DNA of 63,947 bases, counting the filler, from Octopus bimaculoides (lineage: Eukaryota), in the NCBI RefSeq assembly GCF_001194135.2. It is 7 parts of 7 records of this genome, joined end to end, with 100 filler letters (N's around TTAATTAATTAA, not from the genome) between each part and the next. Parts side by side here need not be neighbours in the genome. Positions count along the whole stretch, not along the records: positions 1 to 23,215 come from NC_068994.1; 6 more parts are not named here. One strand, 5' to 3'. This document shows positions 1-9,960 of this stretch, one piece after another; within the stretch, counting starts at the first letter, position 1, and each line of letters starts with the position of its first letter. Under the pieces are notes generated by a model, which worked only from the letters and a program-made list of their open reading frames with translations, was not told the origin of the DNA and made no database searches. The translations under genes and the position numbers were made by a program.

Positions 1-153
1 AAAAAAAAAAAAAAAAAAAAAAGAAAACGGTAAGCCTGGGAAGTCTTTAATCAATACCATTCTTTATTCAACCTACCGGCTAACTGCGACTTAAATTATT
101 TTTCAATCACAGTTTTTCTACATCAGTATAAGTGGATTTTGTCTCAGCATACA

Positions 154-199
154 GTTGCTGCTGACGAACCGCAAGAGGTAGAAATGCGCATATAGTAAC
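154..199 (+). ncRNA. Minimal type-I hammerhead ribozyme motif
   Basis: Stem I GTTGCTG(154-160)/TAGTAAC(193-199); core CTGACGA(161-167); stem II ACC-GCAAGA-GGT plus one unpaired A(180); GAAA(181-184); palindromic stem III TGCGCA; cleavage triplet AUA, cut after 192. Confidence 0.75.
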
Positions 200-361
200 G
201 CCACCACCACTGTTGGGGGCGATTTTCATCTGCTTCAGAGGTACTTGTGTGTTTCAACACCGTATGTCTATGTGTGATACTATCATATATACACCCTTAG
301 ATTTTGTTAAAACACGTCTCTGGAACCCACTTCAAACCCAGGTTACGTCTGCTCCGATAAT

Positions 362-451
362 CGGATGCTACTTGGTCAGCGGATGTTACTTGGTCATCGG
401 ATGTTACTTGGTCAGCGGATGTTACTTGGTCAGCGGATGTTGCTTGGGCAA
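362..451. repeat. 18-bp tandem repeat, 5 copies (CGGATGTTACTTGGTCAG)
   Basis: Units at 362, 380, 398, 416 and 434; the last is degenerate. Confidence 0.95.
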
Positions 452-1015
452 TCGACAGCAAGATGAGCTACTACGGATCACACTAACCCAAAGTGTGTAT
501 GCATGTGAATTTGTATTCTTACTGAAACTCCGAACATAATCTCTACACATCAACAACGAATGATGGCTACGTCTACAGTGTCCGCGCTAACCCTGCCACT
601 GACCATCGGATGTGGTCAGCATCAGTGAGGGACGTGGTGGACTCGCTGGCTGGAGTTGGCTCAACCCACCCCCGGGGGGAAGACCACTGCAAGTCAGTGA
701 ATTACGGTGGTTGTTGTATTGCGTGTGCTGCCACATCCGATGCCACCAAATATCAAGTAGGGGTATTACAAAAAATTTCCATTAGGAGTTGTGGTTAACT
801 TAATGAGTAAGGATAATATTTATAATTAATTTGCCATTTTCGATGGGTGTCCAGCGCACACCTGCCACACCCAGAATATACGCCCCCCAGCTGTAAATAC
901 AAATAGTGGTATACATTGATAGTGGTACGCTATTGTTAACCATTGCCACTATGAGTTTTATTTATGAAATTTTGGTTGATAAAGTTTAATATAAAAGTCA
1001 TCAAAGATGTTTAAA

Positions 1016-1250
1016 GAGTAGCAGTGAGCTGGCAGAATCATTAGCGAACTGCTTAGCGGTATTTTGTCGGCCGTTACATTCTGAGTTCAAATTCCTCCGA
1101 GGTCAATTTTTGTCTTTCATCCTTTCGGGGGTCGATTAAATAAGTACCAGTTACGCACTGTGGGTCGATGTAATTGACTTAATCCCTTTTTCTGTCTTTG
1201 TTTGTCCCGCTCTATGTTTAGCCCCTCTGTGGGCAATAAGGAAATAAATA
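1016..1250 (+). mobile_element. tRNA-derived SINE, family A (GGCGGCGAGCTGGCAGAA head)
   Basis: Head GAGCTGGCAGAATC, B-box-like GAGTTCAAATTCC and central CCTTTCATCCTTTCGGGGTCGAT domain, shared with many other copies in the window. Confidence 0.85.
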
Positions 1251-1994
1251 TTATATTGATTGTAATTTTATTTGCCAGCGACTAATTTGAAAAGTGTTAA
1301 TCAAATTTCTGTCATTTACGTTTTACTTGTTTCAATCATAGAACTGCGGCCATGCTGGAGTACCAGCATGAAAAGATTGAAAAGATTGAGTCGAACAAAT
1401 TGACCCCATTACTGATTTATTTATCTATCTATTTATTTATTTAGTCATTTATTTATTTATTTATTTNNNNNNNNNNNNNNNNNNNNNNNNNNNNNNNNNN
1501 NNNNNNNNNNNNNNNNNNNNNNNNNNNNNNNNNNNNNNNNNNNNNNNNNNNNNNNNNNNNNNNNNNNNNNNNNNNNNNNNNNNNNNNNNNNNNNNNNNNN
1601 NNNNNNNNNNNNNNNNNNNNNNNNNNNNNNNNNNNNNNNNNNNNNNNNNNNNNNNNNNNNNNNNNNNNNNNNNNNNNNNNNNNNNNNNNNNNNNNNNNNN
1701 NNNNNNNNNNNNNNNNNNNNNNNNNNNNNNNNNNNNNNNNNNNNNNNNNNNNNNNNNNNNNNNNNNNNNNNNNNNNNNNNNNNNNNNNNNNNNNNNNNNN
1801 NNNNNNNNNNNNNNNNNNNNNNNNNNNNNNNNNNNNNNNNNNNNNNNNNNNNNNNNNNNNNNNNNNNNNNNNNNNNNNNNNNNNNNNNNNNNNNNNNNNN
1901 NNNNNNNNNNNNNNNNNNNNNNNNNNNNNNNNNNACATACGCACACACATACATATATACATACACACACACATACATACATACATACATACAT

Positions 1995-2330
1995 ACGCGC
2001 GCGCGTGTCCACCACTTGACAACCGGTGTTGTTTTGTTTACGTCTCTGTAACTTAGCAGTGGTCGGTAAAAAAAGAGATCGATAAAATGATCATCCGGCT
2101 TAGGATCGATTTGTTCGACTAAATCTTTCAAGGCGATGCTTCAGAATGGCCGCAGTCTAATAGTTACTGAAGCGAATAACAGTTACGTACGACGGCTTCC
2201 ACACAGTTTCCATCCACTAGATTCTCTCACAAGGTATAGTTCGGTCCAAGGTGCCGTGCAGCGCGACTGAACCCAAAACCACTTGGTTGCAAAGTGAGCC
2301 TCTAACCACTCAGCCGTGCCAGCGCCAATA
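1995..2330. mobile_element. SINE family B fragments (3' half on +, 5' half on -)
   Basis: Matches segments of the full copies at 8688-9123 and 61213-61630. Confidence 0.7.
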
Positions 2331-2495
2331 AATCTCGTTTTTCTTGCCAGCCTCCTGGGCGAAAGCCATGAATCTTAACTACTAGAAATGAGAATCGTAG
2401 AATAAAAATAGTGCAATAAAAATAAATATTTCTCTAAAAGATTCAAATGGCTGCCCTATGACTATTTATTTTAAAATAGCTCGCATAAAACTCAC

Positions 2496-2662
2496 TCTAA
2501 TGTTAATTCCATAATTGCCGAACTTTAAGACTCGACGTGTAGAAAGTGAAAGATCTTTGATTGAATACTTCCGCTCATTAATGCTTTCTGAATTGAATAC
2601 TTCCGTTAAGTTTTTACTAGTCCAATAAATGTAAACGTCCTTCATTTTGTTTTTAATCATTG
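2496..2662 (-). CDS. Candidate internal coding exon, product unidentified (MIKNKMKDVYIYWTSKNLTEVFNSESINERKYSIKDLSLSTRRVLKFGNYGINIR)
   Basis: 55 open codons in AT-rich unique DNA, perfect donor AGA|GTGAGT, mediocre acceptor (ttcgaaag|). No homology confirmed. Confidence 0.3.
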
Positions 2663-2861
2663 CTTTCGAAGTTCATGTTGATAATGAATAATATAATATC
2701 AATTATGATAACATCAATGAGTTTTTATCAATAAGAATAACTGACAGCCAAGGTGAGATTTTAAGCGGTTCTACTTCGATGAATGAAAGCTTGTATATAC
2801 ATGATAGCTTGAGTTTTTCAATAGCAACACCACCATTGCAGAACTTAACTCTTTTGTTACC

Positions 2862-3049
2862 AGGCGCAGGAGTGGCTGTGTAGTAAGTAGCTTGCTTGCC
2901 AACCACATGGTTCCGGGTTCAGTCCCACTGCGTGGCATCTTGGGCAAGTGTCTTCTATTATAGTCTCGGGCCGACCAAAGCCTTGTGAGTGGATTTGGTA
3001 GACGGAAACTGAAAAGAAACCCGTCGTATATATATATATATATATATAT
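2862..3049 (+). mobile_element. SINE family B, 5' half (truncated by gap)
   Basis: GGCGCAGGAGTGGCTGTGTAGTAAG head, GGGTTCAGTCCC B-box, internal (TA)n. Confidence 0.9.
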
Positions 3050-3769
3050 NNNNNNNNNNNNNNNNNNNNNNNNNNNNNNNNNNNNNNNNNNNNNNNNNNN
3101 NNNNNNNNNNNNNNNNNNNNNNNNNNNNNNNNNNNNNNNNNNNNNNNNNNNNNNNNNNNNNNNNNNNNNNNNNNNNNNNNNNNNNNNNNNNNNNNNNNNN
3201 NNNNNNNNNNNNNNNNNNNNNNNNNNNNNNNNNNNNNNNNNNNNNNNNNNNNNNNNNNNNNNNNNNNNNNNNNNNNNNNNNNNNNNNNNNNNNNNNNNNN
3301 NNNNNNNNNNNNNNNNNNNNNNNNNNNNNNNNNNNNNNNNNNNNNNNNNNNNNNNNNNNNNNNNNNNNNNNNNNNNNNNNNNNNNNNNNNNNNNNNNNNN
3401 NNNNNNNNNNNNNNNNNNNNNNNNNNNNNNNNNNNNNNNNNNNNNNNNNNNNNNNNNNNNNNNNNNNNNNNNNNNNNNNNNNNNNNNNNNNNNNNNNNNN
3501 NNNNNNNNNNNNNNNNNNNNNNNNNNNNNNNNNNNNNNNNNNNNNNNNNNNNNNNNNNNNNNNNNNNNNNNNNNNNNNNNNNNNNNNNNNNNNNNNNNNN
3601 NNNNNNNNNNNNNNNNNNNNNNNNNNNNNNNNNNNNNNNNNNNNNNNNNNNNNNNNNNNNNNNNNNNNNNNNNNNNNNNNNNNNNNNNNNNNNNNNNNNN
3701 NNNNNNNNNNNNNNNNNNNNNNNNNNNNNNNNNNNNNNNNNNNNTTATCAGATATTAAAAAAAAACAAA

Positions 3770-4044
3770 AAAACTGGCTCTCCGTCGGTTTCGACGACGA
3801 ACGTTTCAGTTGATCTGATCAATGGAACAGCGTGCTCGTGAAATTAACGTAGTTCTCGGGGAGATTCAGCGTGACACAGAATGTGACAAGGCTGGCCCCT
3901 TTGTATTACAGGTACCACTCATTTCTGCCAGCTGAATGGACTGACGCTACGTGAAATAAGGTGACTTGCTCGAAGACAAAACGCGCCGCCGGGAACCGAA
4001 CTCACGATCTAACGATCGTGAACCGACTACCCTAACCACTAAGC
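3770..4044 (-). mobile_element. SINE family C variant
   Basis: Shares GTTCTCGGGGAGATTCAGCGTGACAC...GACAAGGCTGGCCC with 13250-13640 and 27789-28158; tRNA-like head on the minus strand. Confidence 0.8.
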
Positions 4045-4203
4045 GTGGCTTAGTGGTTAGGGTATTTTGCCAACTCGCCGCCTTCACTATGTATGGTAAA
4101 AATGATATTTAGTATTATAGAATGAACTTATGGTATAATGTAAGTACTATGGCCTTTCGTTTATTTCAGAGTATTTATTATTATTATTGTTATTATTATT
4201 ATT

Positions 4204-4316
4204 ATTGAAAGGCAAAGTCGACCTCGGCGGAATTTGAACTCAGAACGTAACGGCAGACGAAATGCCGCTAAGCATTTCGCCCGGCGTGCTAACGTTTCTG
4301 CCAGCTCGTCGCCTTA
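4204..4316 (-). mobile_element. SINE family A, 5' part
   Basis: Reverse complement of AAGGCGACGAGCTGGCAGAAACGTTAGCACGCCGGGCGAAATGCTTAGCGGC... Confidence 0.9.
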
Positions 4317-4599
4317 GTACTCAAAATAATATTCACTTTCGGCACTTCAGGTCCGCCTCGTAATTAACTTAAGTATATTACAGTAATCAATCATACATTG
4401 AAATCAGTATAAAAGAAATTATTTTAAAATTCATTTTATACAGCATTCATTTTATGGCTAGATGTTTTTGGTTTTGCTTTGGTTTTGTTTAGTTTTGTTC
4501 TGTTTTTTGTTTGTGTTTTTTTCACGTTACTATTTTATAACTAAGATGAAAGTAGTTTTTGTGTGTTTGTAAATATTGATATTGTGGTTAGTTCTGTGA

Positions 4600-4880
4600 A
4601 AAGAAGTGAAAGAGGAAAAGTGTCGTCGATACTTGTGTAAATATTAACACGAGTCAATATTATTATTTTTTTAAATATGGAGTTCGTTCAACGACTAAGC
4701 AGTTACCAATGTGTTTATTGTGTGAAGGAAAGATTCGAAAAAGAAAGAAAAAGTAAAAGAAGCTATCTTAAACGAAGGAATGAAACCTTCAACAATGATT
4801 GATCATTTCAAAACAATACTTCAAAATATAGCAAAAGAAGAAGAAAATAAAAGAATGAAAGAGAAGTGGGGAAAGAAATG
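4600..4880 (+). pseudogene. hAT Buster/Charlie-type (ZBED5/FAM200-like) transposase N-terminal remnant
   Basis: Broken frames give KCRRYLCKY..LKYG...KQLPMCLLC...ILNEGMKPSTMIDH, resembling the BED-finger motif YGF..QLPMCLIC..LSNEAMKPS of this group (recalled consensus). Confidence 0.7.
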
Positions 4881-5066
4881 TTTGGGGATTATTTTGAGGA
4901 TTAAAAAAAGATTAAATTTAGAAAATCGATTTACAATTAATGAGTAGCCAAAGAGAGGAAAGATTAGTTGCGTCTTGGAAAAAATTATGATTAATCATAA
5001 TACTTGGAAAGTTTGACGAGGTGAAACTCTCGTCTTACCAACTTTAAATGCAACAGGAAAGTAATA

Positions 5067-5293
5067 ACACTTTCTGCTAAACGTACAAGGCCTGAAATTT
5101 GGCGGGAGGAGATAAATCGATTACATCGACCCCTCCAGTGTTTTACTGATACTTAATTTATCGATCCCGAAAAAAAAAAAAATGAAAGTTGAAGTCGACC
5201 TCGGCGGAATTTGAACTTAGAACGTAGCGACTGGCGAAATATGGCTAAGCATTTCGCCCGGCGTGCTAACGATTCAGCCAATTCGCAGCCTTT
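5067..5293 (-). mobile_element. SINE family A, near full length
   Basis: Head, central domain and tail all present on the minus strand. Confidence 0.85.
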
Positions 5294-6315
5294 AAAAAAT
5301 AAAAAAATGAATAATAATAAAGGGGTCAAATTTTGGCACAAGGCNNNNNNNNNNNNNNNNNNNNNNNNNNNNNNNNNNNNNNNNNNNNNNNNNNNNNNNN
5401 NNNNNNNNNNNNNNNNNNNNNNNNNNNNNNNNNNNNNNNNNNNNNNNNNNNNNNNNNNNNNNNNNNNNNNNNNNNNNNNNNNNNNNNNNNNNNNNNNNNN
5501 NNNNNNNNNNNNNNNNNNNNNNNNNNNNNNNNNNNNNNNNNNNNNNNNNNNNNNNNNNNNNNNNNNNNNNNNNNNNNNNNNNNNNNNNNNNNNNNNNNNN
5601 NNNNNNNNNNNNNNNNNNNNNNNNNNNNNNNNNNNNNNNNNNNNNNNNNNNNNNNNNNNNNNNNNNNNNNNNNNNNNNNNNNNNNNNNNNNNNNNNNNNN
5701 NNNNNNNNNNNNNNNNNNNNNNNNNNNNNNNNNNNNNNNNNNNNNNNNNNNNNNNNNNNNNNNNNNNNNNNNNNNNNNNNNNNNNNNNNNNNNNNNNNNN
5801 NNNNNNNNNNNNNNNNNNNNNNNNNNNNNNNNNNNNNNNNNNNNNNNNNNNNNNNNNNNNNNNNNNNNNNNNNNNNNNNNNNNNNNNNNNNNNNNNNNNN
5901 NNNNNNNNNNNNNNNNNNNNNNNNNNNNNNNNNNNNNNNNNNNNNNNNNNNNNNNNNNNNNNNNNNNNNNNNNNNNNNNNNNNNNNNNNNNNNNNNNNNN
6001 NNNNNNNNNNNNNNNNNNNNNNNNNNNNNNNNNNNNNNNNNNNNNNNNNNNNNNNNNNNNNNNNNNNNNNNNNNNNNNNNNNNNNNNNNNNNNNNNNNNN
6101 NNNNNNNNNNNNNNNNNNNNNNNNNNNNNNNNNNNNNNNNNNNNNNNNNNNNNNNNNNNNNNNNNNNNNNNNNNNNNNNNNNNNNNNNNNNNNNNNNNNN
6201 NNNNNNNNNNNNNNNNNNNNNNNNNNNNNNNNNNNNNNNNNNNNNNNNNNNNNNNNNNNNNNNNNNNNNNNNNNNNNNNNNNNNNNNNNNNNNNNNNNNN
6301 NNNNNNNNNNNNNNN

Positions 6316-6370
<55 letters not shown>

Positions 6371-6384
6371 ATATATATATATAT

Positions 6385-6475
6385 CGAATGGCCAAGGAGG
6401 TCCAGTAGAATAAAGTAAGAATCAAAGGGGTCCATAGACAAAAAATGGTTTAGGACCACTGCGTTTAGGACCACT
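6385..6475. mobile_element. Right end of a hAT-type MITE (left end presumably in the gap)
   Basis: GGGGTCCATAGACAAAAAATGGTTTAGGACCACTG ends in a CAGTGGTCC-type TIR; the TIR is present twice in tandem (GTTTAGGACCACTGC). Confidence 0.5.
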
Positions 6476-6799
6476 GCCAGGGCATTTACTGTGCAGCATA
6501 CTTGGCCATTTACACTTTGGCATGCGTTCTAACCTTAACCCTAAACCCTAACTCTAATCCTAACCAAGGTCAGATCATTTCACGGCATAGACTACGGAGA
6601 CTGTAGTAGACCATACGCTAAAATAGCCCTCAATCTTTTTTCTTGGTGATGAAAATATTCTCCCCATAACTGTTATTGCATACGTATATGATGGATCACC
6701 AAGAACGAGTGATCACCATCTTGGATTTGTAGCACATTTAAAATAAGCACATCAAAATACGTTTACAGTTTACTGAGTTAGTCATTGGGCAATACTGAG

Positions 6800-7215
6800 C
6801 GGCGTAGCATCTCAGCGTTAGACTGAAAGGTTTTGTACAATGTTGTTAAAACAGTGAACATGAAAGGTTTTAAAAAGCTCATTCGTTGTAAACGTATCGT
6901 TTTCAGAAAGTTTACGTGCTGAAATTCGATAATATAAATTTGATCATGAACGCAGTCCATATTCTGGACCGCAAACGTACAATCTGTTTGTTTGGGGATT
7001 TTCTATCGCTACCACATTACACGATATTCATCGTCTCTTCTTTCACATCACACATATGTCATTCTTGGAAAACTTCGCTTGAATTATTTCGCCTACTCTT
7101 TCTCCTCTTGAATGCGTCTGACCTCTGGAATTCCCTGTCTGGGTATGTTTTTCTTTGTAGCTCTCAGCTGAAACTGTTCAAGAGGAACATCTATCGCATT
7201 GGGCACAATACCTTC
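6800..7215 (+). pseudogene. 3' end of a CR1/L2-group LINE ORF2 (decayed)
   Basis: Translates to GIFYRYHITRYS and NASDLWNSLSGYVFLCSSQLKLFKRNIYRI, resembling the post-RT FYRY...LWNSLP..VF....L..FKRN tail; followed by (GATA)n. Confidence 0.6.
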
Positions 7216-7248
7216 TTACAGGCAAAAACATAGACAGACAGACAAACT

Positions 7249-7298
<50 letters not shown>

Positions 7299-7369
7299 GT
7301 ATTAAAACTAAAAGTAAAAGTAAAGACCAAGTCCAGGCAAGTATACCAAATAATGAAGTATACTGTTTG

Positions 7370-7406
<37 letters not shown>

Positions 7407-7495
7407 TTCAAAATTGTACAAAAACAGAAGACAGAGATTGACGAGGGAACAACGAACAAGGTGTATCAGTTTGACGCTCAGGAAAAATGGAAATG

Positions 7496-7535
7496 TTTTC
7501 GGCGTTTCGAGCCTATGCTCTTCGACAGAAAGGAA
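7496..7535 (-). ncRNA. Degenerate hammerhead-like motif
   Basis: Minus strand reads CTGTCGA-A-GAGC ATAG GCTC-GAAA-CG. Stem II is perfect, but core A6, the UH site and stem I are damaged. Confidence 0.4.
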
Positions 7536-7606
7536 CGAGGAAATAAAACAATGGAGAGAGAAAAAGGAAACAAAAACGTACATACGTACATATGTATGTA
7601 TGTATG

Positions 7607-7640
<34 letters not shown>

Positions 7641-8687
7641 CATTGTATGTATGTATGTATGTATGTATGTATGTTTGTATGTATGTATGTATGTATGTAT
7701 GTATGTATGTACATTGTTGACTTTTGAGATCATATCAAGGAAGGGTGAGAATTTCTTTTGTGTTTCCGCCCTTTCTGTGTGCGCGTTCATCAGTAAGTGT
7801 TGCAGAGAGAGGACACGAACATAGCCGAGTAGTTACAAAAATGTTACTCCATTTTGGAATAATTTTCCCCCTGTTCTCTTTGATTTCTGATGTAGACCAA
7901 CAAATTCATAGTGTAAAATGAATTCTGTTTATTGTACGTTAAAAGCAATGCCTATGGTTTTACGTTAGTTACAGGAAGTAAAGTACGTTTTTTTTTTTGC
8001 TTGCTTGTTTGTTTTTTTTACAGCCTCCGGTCGACTCCAAGCCTTGTGAATGAAAAATGGGTAGACGGAAGCTGTGTGAAAGCCCGTTGATGGTAATTGT
8101 TTACCTGTAATAATTCAAAGGGACCAGCCTTGTCACGTGTTATGTCACGCTGATTCTAGCCGAGGATTATTTTAAGGGGGAGACATGCGTCTATGGAATA
8201 TTGCGCAATGAAAAAAGTCACTTCTGGTTTCTGTTGAGCGAACATCTGATATACACAGAGTTCATTTACTTATATGTATGAAACGCTTAGTTATGTGTGT
8301 GTATGTGTGTGTGTGTATGTGTGTGCGCGCGCGTCTGAGGGTGAGGTGGGATTAAGAGTGAGAATAAAAGTGAGAGAGGGGGGGGGGGAAAGAGAGAGAG
8401 AGGGAGAGAAAGACGAAAAATAGCAAATGAGAGACGATAGAAGGGAGATTTATATTCGACTCTCAAATCGCTTTTGGCGACTCCTGGGAATTAAAACAGA
8501 GAATATAAATTTAAAACCCCAAACCATATAATTGAAGTACGGGTACATAAGACAAATATGTATCCTCTTTCCAGTTGTGTCTCATATAAAATAAAAAGAT
8601 TTATATTAAAATCCGATTTGTTATTAGCATTTACTTATATATCTTAAGCATGGATTACATTGTTCTACGTTCATGCAGAAAACGCTA

Positions 8688-9123
8688 GTATGGCTCTGTG
8701 GTAAGAAGCTTGCTTCCTTCCCAACCACACGGTTTCGAGTTCAGTCCCACTGCGTGATTCCTTGGGCAACTGTCTTCTACTATAGCTTCGGGCCGACCAA
8801 AGCCTTGTGAATGGATTTGGTAGACGGGAACTGAAAGAAGCCCGTCGTATATATGTATATATATATATGTGTGTGTGTTTGCGTGTCTGTGTTTGTCCTC
8901 CNNNNNNNNNNGTGTTTGCGTGTCTGTGTTTGTCCTCCCACCATTGCTTGATAATCGATGGTGGTGTGTTTACGTCCCCGTAACTTAGCGGTTCGGCAAA
9001 AGAAACCGATAGAATAAGTACTAGGCTTACAAAGAATAAGTCCTGGGGTCGATTTGCTCGACTAAAGGCGGTGCTCCAGCATGGCCGCAGTCAAATGACT
9101 GAAACAAGTAAAAGAGTAAAAGA
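8688..9123 (+). mobile_element. SINE family B, full length
   Basis: Head, internal TA/TG microsatellite, TAACTTAGCGGTTCGGCAAAAG domain and GAGTAAAA tail. Confidence 0.9.
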
Positions 9124-9289
9124 GATATATATATCTGCTCAAGTTCGTCACATCACAGCGTTCAGCATCTCATCTCGTTCGGCAAACACACAAACACACC
9201 CTGCTGTGTGCTTGTCGTCATTCGAAGGCTAAAATGATACCAAGCGCATTGTAACCAGTAAAATCCTGGGGTCGATGTCATTGACTTGT

Positions 9290-9382
9290 TCCCCCCTCAC
9301 CACCACCACCGCCACCACCACTACTCCTACCGAAATTGCTGGCCTTGTGCCAATATAAGAATTATTCTTGTTGATATTGTTG

Positions 9383-9414
<32 letters not shown>

Positions 9415-9960
9415 GGTCGTCGTCGTCGTCGTCGTCGTGGCCGTAACGCTGGTTACTGTTGTTGTTGTTGTTGTTGCGTAATGTCATATCAGTTCACGTC
9501 CATGGTGGAGCATTGTCCTTATAACAACGCAGAGGAAAGACGGCTGAGCGATCGAGTGCGGCCTACAGAGCTATTGATCCGGCACTGTTATGTCTCTGTC
9601 TGGGGGTCTAGGTGGAAGCCATACACTGCCCACTCGGACGTGAAGTGGTTAATCATGTGTAACGAGATGTACCACCACCACCACCACCACCACCATCATC
9701 AACACTATCACGGACAACACAAACACCACCACAACCACCATCACGAACAATACCACCACCACCACTATCACGAACAACATCAACACCAACACCACCACCA
9801 CCACAGACAACACCAACACCACTACAACCACCATCATGAGCACCACCACCACCAAGCACCACCACTACCACCACCACCACCACCACCACCACCACCACCA
9901 CCACCACCACCACCACCACAACCATTACTCTTACTGCTTCCACCCCGCAACCATAATCAC
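9290..9960. repeat. Compound trinucleotide microsatellite (CAC/GTT/GTC/CAT)
   Basis: Directly visible; source of the poly-H/V/P ORFs in the track. Confidence 0.9.

Noticed and set aside
362-451. Short regularly repeated units resembling a CRISPR array
   Set aside because: No unique spacers, eukaryotic context and no cas genes.
7755-7800. Minus-strand CTGATGA-A-CGC...GCG-GAAA-CACA
   Set aside because: It lacks the U of UH and stem I is weak; it could be chance or too decayed to call.
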